Source: an uncultured Gammaproteobacteria bacterium (GTDB lineage Bacteria > Patescibacteriota > Patescibacteriia > Magasanikbacterales > GWA2-37-8). Taken from it: a stretch of 64,000 bases of DNA. Made by a program: the position numbers and the translations under genes. Below the pieces are notes generated by a model, which worked only from the letters and a program-made list of their open reading frames with translations, did not search any database and was not told where the DNA came from. Below are positions 1-10,018 of this stretch, piece after piece. The first letter of the stretch is position 1; every line of letters begins with the position of its first letter. The DNA lies in assembly GCA_964444705.1 (NCBI GenBank), contig CAYUHX010000003.1:3248-67247 (forward strand). The letters run 5' to 3'.

Positions 1-1
1 C

Positions 2-796
2 TGTGATGTGTTTGTCGTGCAAACAAGCGCCGCACCAGTTGATAGCTATCTCATGGAATTACTGATGTTTATCCGCACTCTGCGCGACGCGTCGGCTGGA
101 AGAATTACCGCCGTTATTCCCTACCTACCCTACGTTCGTTCGGATAAAAAAGATCAACCACGCATTTGTCTTACCGCCCGCCTCGTCGCCGATCTTCTCG
201 AAGCAGCTGGCGCCAATCGAGTGCTTACCATGGATATGCATTCACCGCAAATTCAAGGTTTTTTTTCCATTCCTTGCGATCATTTGCTTGGCAGCCCCGC
301 ACTCATTCGCTATCTAAAAAATAAGTGGGACTTACAAAACTACGTGCTGGTGGCAGGCGATGCGGGCGCAGCAAAGCTGCTAAAAAATTATGCAGATGCG
401 CTCGATTTACCAGTGGCAATTATGGACAAACGGCGCGAAGGTAATGATGAAAAACCACGTATCAAAGGGGTTATCGGCGATGTGATCGGCAAAAAAGCCC
501 TACTTATCGATGATGAAATGTCGAGCGGTCGCACCCTCATTCGAGATGCAGAATTTTTGCTCAAAGAAGCGGGCGTAGTCGAAGTTGATGCCGTCGTGGT
601 ACACGCGGTGCTTGGCGGCGATGGCGTCGCAGAGCTCAACAATTCAGCGATCAATCGTTTTGTGATGACTAATTCTATTCCCAGCGACCACAAACCACTT
701 AAAAACAAAGAAGTAGTCGACGTGAGCTCTCTATTTGCCGAATGTATTCATCGTATTCATACCAATGAATCAATCAAAACGCTTAACGATATTTAG
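2..796 (+). CDS. prs: Ribose-phosphate pyrophosphokinase (5'-truncated by window edge)
   Basis: PYLPYVRSDKK, DMHSPQIQGFF and LLIDDEMSSGRT PRPP-synthetase motifs. Confidence 0.95.
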   Translation, partial: CDVFVVQTSAAPVDSYLMELLMFIRTLRDASAGRITAVIPYLPYVRSDKKDQPRICLTARLVADLLEAAGANRVLTMDMHSPQIQGFFSIPCDHLLGSPALIRYLKNKWDLQNYVLVAGDAGAAKLLKNYADALDLPVAIMDKRREGNDEKPRIKGVIGDVIGKKALLIDDEMSSGRTLIRDAEFLLKEAGVVEVDAVVVHAVLGGDGVAELNNSAINRFVMTNSIPSDHKPLKNKEVVDVSSLFAECIHRIHTNESIKTLNDI

Positions 797-797
797 C

Positions 798-1466
798 ATG
801 CATCAACGATTAAAAAAAATAGGTCTTGTGATTCTCAGCATCAGCTTTTTGTGTAGCATAAGTATTTTTCTTATCAATCGGCGCGTCGTACACACCGCCG
901 CACCATTTCTGTACACCTCACTAGAAAAAATTCCTTCAGCCGATGCAGTGCTCATTCTCGGCGCGCGTGTCTACCACAATAAAACCCTAAGCGATATTTT
1001 AAAAGATCGCACCGACACAGCACTTGAAGTTTATCGTGCGGGAAAAGTCAAAAAAATTTTAGTAAGCGGCGACCACGGCCAACCAAACTATGATGAAGTT
1101 GATGCGGTAAAAACGTATTTGCTGGCGCGTGAGGTGCCAGAAAACGATATCTTTCTTGATCATGCTGGCTTTGATACCTACGACAGCCTCTACCGCGCTC
1201 GCGATATTTTTGCAGCTCATTCTCTCATCGTCACCACTCAAAACTTCCACCTGCCTCGCGCAGTTTATATTGGACACACACTCGGACTTGCCACGTACGG
1301 TTTTGGAGCTGACAAACATCACTACCAGCAAGCCACGTATGCAGCGTTTCGTGAATGGTTTGCCCGTGTAAAAGCCTGGTTTAACGTCACATTCTCTGCT
1401 TCGCCAAAATTTTTAGGCGAGTCGATTCCTCTCACTGACGATGGTAAAAAAAGTTGGGGTGAATAA
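798..1466 (+). CDS. SanA/YdcF (DUF218) family membrane protein
   Basis: N-terminal TM; VLILGA, LVSGD, DHAGFDTYDS, TQNFHLPRA motifs; start taken at the ATG just after the prs stop. Confidence 0.9.
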   Translation: MHQRLKKIGLVILSISFLCSISIFLINRRVVHTAAPFLYTSLEKIPSADAVLILGARVYHNKTLSDILKDRTDTALEVYRAGKVKKILVSGDHGQPNYDEVDAVKTYLLAREVPENDIFLDHAGFDTYDSLYRARDIFAAHSLIVTTQNFHLPRAVYIGHTLGLATYGFGADKHHYQQATYAAFREWFARVKAWFNVTFSASPKFLGESIPLTDDGKKSWGE

Positions 1467-1488
1467 AACCGCACACGCAACATTTCAA

Positions 1489-2829
1489 TTACTTTGATGA
1501 AGGAGTTTTTAAAAAAGTAACCACAAATTTTGCGTTTGTTGTTTGGGCCTGACCGCCCCCCACCACAAACGGTGCATCATTTTTATCCAAGAAAAACATT
1601 GCTTTCGGGTTATGCCGCGATGACATAATCACACATGTTTCAGGATCCTTAGGAAATTCTTGTAAAAAAAGACCCAATTCGACTTCATTCGCAAATTCTC
1701 TCCTCTCCCACGCAGTATCTTGATGAAGCCCAAACGCGAAGAGATACAAATCAGCATATTTTCGAAGTGGCCCTTTAACCAAAGTCGCTAATTTTACCTG
1801 CAATTCTTCGTCACCTAAATTGAGTAGATCTCGCTCGCTTATCTGGCCTTGATCTAAGGCATACCGCACTAAACGAATACGCGCGTCCTCTTCAAGTGCA
1901 TCTTCTGAACCATCATAAAAATCTTTCCACAAAGTGGCACGACACGCTAATATTGTTTGCCAAAATTTTTTTCCTTCTGCTGCATCGCTCCTGGTTTGCA
2001 AAACTGTTTTTATTTTTTTTAATTTCGCTGGCGGATAACCTGTGAGAGCACTCCATTCTTCGCGCAATGCGTCATTTGGGGAAAAACCTTCAGACACTCC
2101 ACGAATATCAAGCAAAGCTGCCTCAATGGTGTCTGGTTCTAAACGCTCGGGTATATCCATATAACGCGTATCAAAATACATGTACGACAAGGTATCACAC
2201 ATGCTTTGTATCGCACCCAAAGCACCTTCTTCTCGAATTATTCCTTCAATACTATGTGCATCTAACCCGAGCATTTCAAAAAGTGTGCCAAAAGAATCAG
2301 AGTGGAGCGTAGCGATCCCCCGCTCTTCATGATCAAGATATCCACGCTCTTTCACAAGAAATCGATCAGCAACATGATTAAATGCTGCATGGCCAATATC
2401 GTGGAGCATCCCTGCCGCATACAAATGGGCCGCCTCGCGATCAGACACACCGAGACGAGCAGCCACTATGCTTGAAAATTCAGAAATGAGTACTGAATGC
2501 TCCATGCGAGTATGTTCGGCGGGTTGTGATAACGAAGCGGTTATGGCCACACCTGCATCTCCCTGCCACCCCAGCGCACCCGCGCGTCTTCTAGCCCGAT
2601 CAATATGGGTTTGACTTCCCTTCCAAGCAATTTGGCGCAAACGTTCCAAGCGCAAAACTGCAGGTATTTTTTTTAACTCCTCTCGTATGCGTGCATACCT
2701 CTCTTGTCTTTTTTTAAGCAGTTCAGATTCTGCCGTAGTTAATTTTTCCCACACTGAAGCGCAAAGCTTATCGGGCGTCACACTATCTTTTTTTTCATTA
2801 ACGACTACACTTAATTTTTCCATACGCAT
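1489..2829 (-). CDS. HD-domain dNTP triphosphohydrolase-like protein (SAMHD1/YdhJ-like)
   Basis: HTRMEHS...LHDIGHAAFNH...DHE...DTLSYMYFD motif order; starts immediately after the dnaE stop. Confidence 0.75.
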   Translation of the reverse strand: MRMEKLSVVVNEKKDSVTPDKLCASVWEKLTTAESELLKKRQERYARIREELKKIPAVLRLERLRQIAWKGSQTHIDRARRRAGALGWQGDAGVAITASLSQPAEHTRMEHSVLISEFSSIVAARLGVSDREAAHLYAAGMLHDIGHAAFNHVADRFLVKERGYLDHEERGIATLHSDSFGTLFEMLGLDAHSIEGIIREEGALGAIQSMCDTLSYMYFDTRYMDIPERLEPDTIEAALLDIRGVSEGFSPNDALREEWSALTGYPPAKLKKIKTVLQTRSDAAEGKKFWQTILACRATLWKDFYDGSEDALEEDARIRLVRYALDQGQISERDLLNLGDEELQVKLATLVKGPLRKYADLYLFAFGLHQDTAWERREFANEVELGLFLQEFPKDPETCVIMSSRHNPKAMFFLDKNDAPFVVGGGQAQTTNAKFVVTFLKTPSSK

Positions 2830-2831
2830 AT

Positions 2832-5800
2832 TTATTTTCCACACGCGAGCAGACCCTGCCGCAATTCAGGCGTCATCGTAACTTGGTAGGGTGTTTTGAT
2901 TTGTTTACCTCCAACAAGTAAATATACCGTTTGTGTGCCCGGAAACTGGGCAAACAATGATTTTAAACTCTCCGCCTGACGTTTCATAATCTCGGCAGTG
3001 AGCGTTATCTCGAGACCGCGCGCAGTTTCTTCAATTACTACAGTATCATCAACGTGATCACTTCTCTTTTCAAACGTACTTGAGGTAACAGACGACGCCT
3101 GCGATGAACGACTACTACTATAGCCGGCAGAAACTTGTTGTGCCAAACCACCCACATTTTCTTTCGTCAATTGATAGGCTTTTTCTACGAACAATTTACT
3201 ATCACCTTCTTCCTCAGAAGTCTTGCCAATCACACACACCACCCGTCCCTCAACCCACACATCTTTGGTGGTTTCATATACTTTAGGAAAAACCAATAAC
3301 TCCAAACTACCAGTGGTATCTTGAATGGTGACAAACATCATAGGCTTACCCGCACGAGTAATTTTTTTCTTCGTACTATCAACCACACCGCCCACCACCA
3401 CCCAACTATTTCTGGTTTCACCACCCAAATCTTTAATGAGTGTCAATGATTTTGCGAGCACCCCTTGATAATACGCAAACGGATGTGACGTTACATAAAG
3501 CCCCAACAATTCTTTTTCCCATTTTATTTTGTCAGCCTCAAGAGCCGGCAACACTTTTTCAAGTCGCACTTTAGCCACAAAATCAATTTGCGAACCAGAA
3601 AACAATGAATGCTGCTTCGTGTTATTTTTTTCAACAGCTTGCTTGATGAACGATAGCAGGTTTTCAATATTACCAAGCAAAAAACCACGGTCAATACCAA
3701 GACTGTCCATAGCGCCGCATTTAATCAAACTCTCGAGTGATTTTTTGTTGAGATTACGATCATTAACACGCGTTAAAAAATCTTCGAGATTTTTGAAGAC
3801 ACCACCTTTTTTACGTTCTTCATAAATAACCTTAGCGATATGCTCACCTAAATTTTTAATACCTGCAAGGCCAAAACGAATGTGTGCCTCACCTCCATCT
3901 TCAGGCGTGATAATCGCAAATGTTTCGTGGCTCGCATTAATATCTGGTGGTAGCACCTTCACACCCATGCGCCCACATTCATGAATAATTTCAGGCACTT
4001 TTTCAATGTCACCACTCTCAGCAATCAAAATAGCGGTCATATACTCAAGCGGATAATTCGCCTTGAGATACGCCGTTTGATAGGCCACCACTGCATAACT
4101 CGCCGCGTGCGCCTTATTAAAACCATAGGCAGCAAACGGCTCAATTAATTCCCACAATTTTTGAATTTTTGCGTCTGGCACTTTACCAAAATCTTTGCAA
4201 CCTTTAAAAAATTTCTCCTTCTGTTTCATCATTTCTTCAGGAATTTTTTTACCCATGGCTTTACGAAACTTGTCAGCTTCTTCCCAGTTATAACCAGCTA
4301 AATTGATGGCTGACAAAAGCACGTCATCTTGATACACAATCAACCCAAGCGATTGATCTAAGTAATCTTTCATCCGTGGATCAAGATATTCAATCAAATC
4401 TTTGTTATTTTTTCGACGAATATACTCTGGAATAGATTCCATTGGACCAGGACGGAAAAGTGCCACCATGGCCATGATGTCAAAAATACTTTCCGGTTTT
4501 AATTCTTTCAAATAACGCGTCATGCCCGAACCAGAGAGTTGAAACACACCCACAGTTTCACCTCGTGCCAACATTTCGTAGGTGCGAAGATCGTCCCATG
4601 GTAGATGGTAAATATCAATACTAATACCACGCGTTTTTTCCACCAACACCACGGCGTGCCCCAAAATTGAGAGGTTGCGAATACCCAAAAAGTCCATTTT
4701 CAAAATGCCTGCCGCCTCAACGGAATGCATTTCATACTGAGTGGTTATTTTTCCTCCACCAGTTTCGTACTGTACGGGAGTAAACTCGTCGAGCGGTGTA
4801 GGCGAAATTACCACGCCCGCGGCATGAATAGAGGTATGCCTCGCGCATCCTTCCACCTTCTGTGCCAATTCGAGCAAACGATGTGCTTGAGCATTTTTAG
4901 TAAACAGCTCTTTTAAATCTGGCTCCAGTTCCAAAGCCTTAGCAATATTCATTTGAAATCCCTGCGCTCCAAACGGAATAAGTTTTGAAATTTGATCACA
5001 AAATGAATACGAATACCCGAGTGCCCGGCCCACATCACGCACTGCCCCCCGCGCCGCCATGGTTCCAAACGTAATAATCTGTGCCACTTTATCAATGCCA
5101 TATTTTTGGGTGACATAGGCAATCATTTCATCACGGCGATCGTCCGCGAAATCGGCGTCAATATCAGGCGGACTAGGGCGAAATGGGTTTAAAAAACGCT
5201 CAAACGGTAATTTGAAATAAAGCGGATTCACCGTAGTGATACCTAAGGCATAGGACACAATCGATCCAGCTCCCGAACCACGAGTTGTTTCAACAATGCC
5301 GTGCGTACGGGCATAGTGCACATAATCAGCCACCACCAAAAAATAAGGCGAATATCCTTTTTTTGTAATAATATCAAGCTCATAATCTGCTCTCGCCCGC
5401 ACATCATCTGTCACTTCAGTTAATGCAGGCAATTTTTCAAAAACGAGCGTTCGCAAATAGGTGTCCGCTGTCTCGCCAGGCGGAAGATCAACTGCCGCAA
5501 AGTGCCATTTATTGAGCTCAAGCTTAAGGTTAATACGCTCAGCAATGGCGAGCGTATTGGTAAGCGCTTCTGGCACATGTTTAAAACGCTTCGCAATTTC
5601 ATCTTCTTTACCCCAGGAATAATCAACCGCCACCATTGATGCCCGGTTTGGTTCTTCAATACTCACCCCTTCACGAATACACACCAAAATATCTTGCGCT
5701 TCAGCGTCTTCCGGGTGCATATAATGGCTATCACGCGTAACCACCAGAGGCAACCCAGTATCTTTAGCAAGCTTGATAAGTTCGGTATTGACCTCAAACT

Positions 5801-6353
5801 GACCTTCGAGCGCCGGTAAATCGCCTAATTCTAAATAAAAATGTTCAGGACCAAAAATATCAGCATACTCTAAAGCAACACTCTTTGCTTTCTCATAGTT
5901 TTTCTCTTTATATAAAATACGTGGCAGTTCACCTTCAAGGCAGCCAGATAACGCAATTACTCCCTCATGATAGTGTCGTAACAACTCTTTATCCAGCCTC
6001 GGCTTTCCGGCATGAAAACCTTCAAGGTTCGCTAGCGAACAAAGTTTAAGCAAATTTCGATATCCAACATAATTTTCTGCTAAAAGCACTAGGTGATACA
6101 CTCTCTGATCGTTGGCTTTTTTTTCATGACGACTACCTGGAGCAAGATAGGCCTCAAACCCAATAATTGGTTTTATGCCTGCTTTTTCGCAGGCTTCATA
6201 AAACTCAATTGCCGCATACATGTTGCCATGGTCGGTAAGAGCGAGGCTGGTAAAACCTCTTTTCTTAGCTTCTTTCACCACGTCATCAATCTGAGGCAGT
6301 GCGTCGAGCAGTGAGTAATGACTATGTAAGTGAAGATGGACAAAATCAGGCAT
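2832..6353 (-). CDS. dnaE: DNA polymerase III alpha subunit
   Basis: PHP domain HLHLHSHYSLLD, RGSGAGS, PDIDADF, GFNKAHA, OB fold. Confidence 0.98.
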   Translation of the reverse strand: MPDFVHLHLHSHYSLLDALPQIDDVVKEAKKRGFTSLALTDHGNMYAAIEFYEACEKAGIKPIIGFEAYLAPGSRHEKKANDQRVYHLVLLAENYVGYRNLLKLCSLANLEGFHAGKPRLDKELLRHYHEGVIALSGCLEGELPRILYKEKNYEKAKSVALEYADIFGPEHFYLELGDLPALEGQFEVNTELIKLAKDTGLPLVVTRDSHYMHPEDAEAQDILVCIREGVSIEEPNRASMVAVDYSWGKEDEIAKRFKHVPEALTNTLAIAERINLKLELNKWHFAAVDLPPGETADTYLRTLVFEKLPALTEVTDDVRARADYELDIITKKGYSPYFLVVADYVHYARTHGIVETTRGSGAGSIVSYALGITTVNPLYFKLPFERFLNPFRPSPPDIDADFADDRRDEMIAYVTQKYGIDKVAQIITFGTMAARGAVRDVGRALGYSYSFCDQISKLIPFGAQGFQMNIAKALELEPDLKELFTKNAQAHRLLELAQKVEGCARHTSIHAAGVVISPTPLDEFTPVQYETGGGKITTQYEMHSVEAAGILKMDFLGIRNLSILGHAVVLVEKTRGISIDIYHLPWDDLRTYEMLARGETVGVFQLSGSGMTRYLKELKPESIFDIMAMVALFRPGPMESIPEYIRRKNNKDLIEYLDPRMKDYLDQSLGLIVYQDDVLLSAINLAGYNWEEADKFRKAMGKKIPEEMMKQKEKFFKGCKDFGKVPDAKIQKLWELIEPFAAYGFNKAHAASYAVVAYQTAYLKANYPLEYMTAILIAESGDIEKVPEIIHECGRMGVKVLPPDINASHETFAIITPEDGGEAHIRFGLAGIKNLGEHIAKVIYEERKKGGVFKNLEDFLTRVNDRNLNKKSLESLIKCGAMDSLGIDRGFLLGNIENLLSFIKQAVEKNNTKQHSLFSGSQIDFVAKVRLEKVLPALEADKIKWEKELLGLYVTSHPFAYYQGVLAKSLTLIKDLGGETRNSWVVVGGVVDSTKKKITRAGKPMMFVTIQDTTGSLELLVFPKVYETTKDVWVEGRVVCVIGKTSEEEGDSKLFVEKAYQLTKENVGGLAQQVSAGYSSSRSSQASSVTSSTFEKRSDHVDDTVVIEETARGLEITLTAEIMKRQAESLKSLFAQFPGTQTVYLLVGGKQIKTPYQVTMTPELRQGLLACGK

Positions 6354-6463
6354 ATTTTTAGCTTCTTCATATTACCCTACCAGTCTCACAAAATCAACTT
6401 AATTTTACTAAAATGAGGCAAAATATGCTATACTTAAATTAATAAATCACTCAAAGACATTGT

Positions 6464-6976
6464 ATGCAAACACCGCTCATAAAAACACTTTTTCTCACCT
6501 TTCTTGCGTTCATCTGGCTGGGCCTCCGCACTACTACCTTTGCCGCCACCAAAAAATTGCCTTCTCCACAAAAAATAGAAACAGCTCTCATCGTTAAAAA
6601 TCAAGAAATGAAAAAAAATACGATTATCATCACTCGCGTTTCAACACCAAACGATGCATGGGTGGTTGTTCGTCGAAGCGAAAAAGGGAAACTAGGCACC
6701 GTGCTTGGTTATACGTTTGTAAAAAAAGGCACCAATGCCAATGTATCTCTCGTGCTCGATTACCCTACTGAAGTTACGAGCCAACTTGTCGCCGTCTTGC
6801 ATGAAGACAAAGGCAAAAAAGCAATCTATGAATTCCCAGGTGCAGATATTCCTTTTGTAAAAAACAAAACGACAGTTCTCGCACCGTTTAGTTTGATCAA
6901 TTTTAAATCGGCTACCACAAAACTAGAGGCGCACGACTCTCAATCTTCCTCACAAAATTCCACCAAGTTTTTTTAA
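6464..6976 (+). CDS. Exported hypothetical protein (beta-rich)
   Basis: Signal-peptide-like N-terminus ending TFA; AVLHEDKG motif. Confidence 0.65.
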   Translation: MQTPLIKTLFLTFLAFIWLGLRTTTFAATKKLPSPQKIETALIVKNQEMKKNTIIITRVSTPNDAWVVVRRSEKGKLGTVLGYTFVKKGTNANVSLVLDYPTEVTSQLVAVLHEDKGKKAIYEFPGADIPFVKNKTTVLAPFSLINFKSATTKLEAHDSQSSSQNSTKFF

Positions 6977-7011
6977 AAAATCCACTTGAGCAGCACCTCA
7001 TATGTGCTTAC

Positions 7012-7044
7012 AAAAAATCCCCAGTTGAATACTGGGGATTTTTT
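7012..7044. terminator. Bidirectional intrinsic terminator
   Basis: aaaaaatccccagt-tgaat-actggggatttttt between convergent genes. Confidence 0.85.
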
Positions 7045-7059
7045 AATTGTGTGTTTGAA

Positions 7060-7455
7060 TTATTTTTTTACTTTTTTGGTAAAGCGTTTCATTTTATCAG
7101 CAGTGGCTTTAACGGCCTTGTGAACGGCATCTTTCGCAGCTTCATCAAACTCCTCTGATTGATTGCTTGCCCATTCTTCCGCTTTTTTGGTGACCACTCG
7201 CTGCACCATTCCACCCACTCCACTCGTTATCATCGTTAATATGTTCGACATGTTTTCGACTTTATCACGCACATAGTTGACCGCATCTAAAAGTCCTTGC
7301 AAACGTGTACGAAATTCTTCAATGATCTGACTGGTGTTTTTTAAAATCTTTGTGACATAGTACAACATCCAGCAGAGAAAAATTGTTACCCACCCAATAC
7401 ACACTGCAATAACAATAAACAAAATGTCTTTTGAAGAATCAAATACCATACGCAA
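7060..7455 (-). CDS. Single-pass membrane protein with coiled coil (DUF948-like)
   Basis: N-terminal TM followed by amphipathic helices. Confidence 0.65.
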   Translation of the reverse strand: MRMVFDSSKDILFIVIAVCIGWVTIFLCWMLYYVTKILKNTSQIIEEFRTRLQGLLDAVNYVRDKVENMSNILTMITSGVGGMVQRVVTKKAEEWASNQSEEFDEAAKDAVHKAVKATADKMKRFTKKVKK

Positions 7456-7547
7456 AGCTCCTTTGGCACAATCTACCTTGTGACAAGATAGATCGTATTA
7501 AAAATAAACTCTTGCAGTATAGTATACCACACTTGAGTGATAGATGC

Positions 7548-10013
7548 CTATGCCGCGCGCACCTCGGCAGCAAAAGAGTTCCTTAACAAAGTTTTAATAT
7601 GCTCTTCAACTTTATCAACTTCAGCTGCAGTCAACGTACGTTCGCGGTGTTGAAAGGTAAGATGAAAAGCCACGCTTTTTTTATTCACACCAATCGAAAG
7701 CCCTTCATACGTATCAAATAACTCAACATTAACAAGTAATGGATCTGCCGCTAAAATAACCCCAATCATCTGTTCATGCGTAACATTTTTTGGCACCACA
7801 AATGCCACGTCGCGAACGATGTCAGGATAATTTGACTGCGGCTGATAACGCGAAGCAAGAGAAAGAGGCGCTTCAGAGAGCAGTGTAAGATTAAGTTCAC
7901 ACACACCCACTCGCGCCGGAACACCATACATCTCACCTACCTTCGGATGTAATTCAAACAATGACCCAACACACACATTTTCACACCATATTTCAGCCAT
8001 TCGTCCTGGATGTTGCCAAGACGCATTTTCTTTTGGAATTTGATAATGAAAAACATAGCCCGTAATCGTGCTCATTCGTTCGGCCAAACGACGCACTAAC
8101 GAAAAAGGATGATCTTCTTTTTTCGCAGCCATCACGCACATTCCATAGGTGTCCTGGCGCGGCAAAAGTTCATCACTTTTCCATTCTGTACGCGGTCCAG
8201 ATTCTTCGGCTTTAAAAACTTTTCCCGTTTCCACCAAAAAAACCTCGTCTCGATCCGGCAAGTTGCGCGCACTATTTTCTAACAAATTTGGCAACAAACT
8301 CCGGCGAAGATACGGTTTATCTTCTGACAATGGATTATCAAGCCTGATTGAACGAATCAGATCATCTCCCAATTTTTCAATCTGCTGACCACTGACAAAA
8401 GAATAATTGTACACTTCAGCACACCGCCCTTCACGCACGGCCAGATCAACAAAAATTCGTTCTATTTTTCGCAGTACAGAAATGTCGGGTGGCGCAAGTG
8501 GAAAAGAAGGCATGGTCGCCGGAATCTCTGCATACCCATACACACGCACCACTTCTTCTACCACATCTTCAGGCAGACACACATCTTTTGTTGCTCTCCA
8601 CGAAGGCACAGTAATTTTAAAACTTTTTCTTTTTTCTTCCACCACAAAACCTAATTGACTCAAAATTTTAACCACTTTTTTTTGTTCAATGGCCGCACCA
8701 ATTTTTTTCTCAAAAAAATCAAGCGGCATTTCAATAATGTGTGGTCTTGCTTTTACTGGATAATGATCAACTACAGCGCTTGTCACCCGCGCACCAGGGC
8801 AAAGTTCAAGCATAAGTTCAACCGCTCGCGCAAGAGCTTCTGCGCACAAAGTGGGATCAAGATTTTTTTCAAACCTCATTGATGATTCTGTGCGGAGGCC
8901 AAGTTCTGCTCCAGTGCGACGAACACTGGCGGCATTGAAATGAGCTGATTCAAAAATAATCGCCGTTGTATCAGGTTGAATCGCACTTTCTTTGCCGCCC
9001 ATTACCCCTGCAATCGCCAATGCTTTTTCGTCATTCGCCACGACTAACATTGATTGATCGAGCGCGCGAGTTACTCCGTCGAGCGTTTCAATTGTTTCAT
9101 CTTCTTTGGCCGCACGCACACCAAGACGAAAATTCTTTTCTTCTTTGCCTGCACCTCGCACAAAACGCGCATCAAACGCGTGCATAGGCTGCCCGAGATC
9201 GCTTAAAATATAATTGGTAATATCAACCACCACATTAATCGGATTGTGGCCAGCCGCCACCAAAGCTCGTTTTAGCCACTCGGGAGATTCGGTAATGACA
9301 ACACCTTCTATTATCACCGCCATATAGCGGCTACACAAATTTTTTTCAGCCACTTCCACATGAAGCGTGTGTTCTTTTCCAGGTTTAATTGGAGTTGTAC
9401 TATAAGGCTTTACTTCACGATTGGTAAGCACTGCAACCTCACGCGCTAAACCATAATGTCCCCATAAATCTGGCCGGTGCGATAATGATTTATTATCAAT
9501 TTCAAACACCACATCATTGAGGCCCAAAGCTTCGGCTACTAAAGTCCCTGGCACTGCATTCATCGCCCCAAGATCGACAACTTCTCGTTCTTCTTTTTTA
9601 GGAAATAATTCAATAAGACCCACTTCGTCGGCTCCGCAAATCATTCCTTCAGAAGCAACGCCGCGAATGGTGGCAGGTTTGAGTTCAACAAGCTCTCCCT
9701 CACCATGCCATTTCACGCGTGCGCCCACTTTGGCCACCACCACTTTCATATCAACCCTAAGATTACTACCTCCACACACAATCCGCACCGTTTCTGCACC
9801 AAGATCCACCACACACACTTGCAACTTGTCAGCTTGAGGATGTTTTTCAATACTTTTAATCTGACCCACCACGATGTTATCAAGATCAGCACCGCGTGTT
9901 TCTATGCCTTCAACCTCAACGGTGGAAAGCTTCAGCTTTTCTGCCACTTCTTTGGCAGAAATTGAATCGGGTAAATGAACGTATTTTTTGAGCCAAGAAA
10001 AAGAAATAAGCAT
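7548..10013 (-). CDS. pheT: Phenylalanine-tRNA ligase beta subunit
   Basis: tRNA-binding OB (HPQADKL, SEGMIC), B3/4, B5 and FDX-ACB domains. Confidence 0.97.
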   Translation of the reverse strand: MLISFSWLKKYVHLPDSISAKEVAEKLKLSTVEVEGIETRGADLDNIVVGQIKSIEKHPQADKLQVCVVDLGAETVRIVCGGSNLRVDMKVVVAKVGARVKWHGEGELVELKPATIRGVASEGMICGADEVGLIELFPKKEEREVVDLGAMNAVPGTLVAEALGLNDVVFEIDNKSLSHRPDLWGHYGLAREVAVLTNREVKPYSTTPIKPGKEHTLHVEVAEKNLCSRYMAVIIEGVVITESPEWLKRALVAAGHNPINVVVDITNYILSDLGQPMHAFDARFVRGAGKEEKNFRLGVRAAKEDETIETLDGVTRALDQSMLVVANDEKALAIAGVMGGKESAIQPDTTAIIFESAHFNAASVRRTGAELGLRTESSMRFEKNLDPTLCAEALARAVELMLELCPGARVTSAVVDHYPVKARPHIIEMPLDFFEKKIGAAIEQKKVVKILSQLGFVVEEKRKSFKITVPSWRATKDVCLPEDVVEEVVRVYGYAEIPATMPSFPLAPPDISVLRKIERIFVDLAVREGRCAEVYNYSFVSGQQIEKLGDDLIRSIRLDNPLSEDKPYLRRSLLPNLLENSARNLPDRDEVFLVETGKVFKAEESGPRTEWKSDELLPRQDTYGMCVMAAKKEDHPFSLVRRLAERMSTITGYVFHYQIPKENASWQHPGRMAEIWCENVCVGSLFELHPKVGEMYGVPARVGVCELNLTLLSEAPLSLASRYQPQSNYPDIVRDVAFVVPKNVTHEQMIGVILAADPLLVNVELFDTYEGLSIGVNKKSVAFHLTFQHRERTLTAAEVDKVEEHIKTLLRNSFAAEVRAA

Positions 10014-10018
10014 ACATG

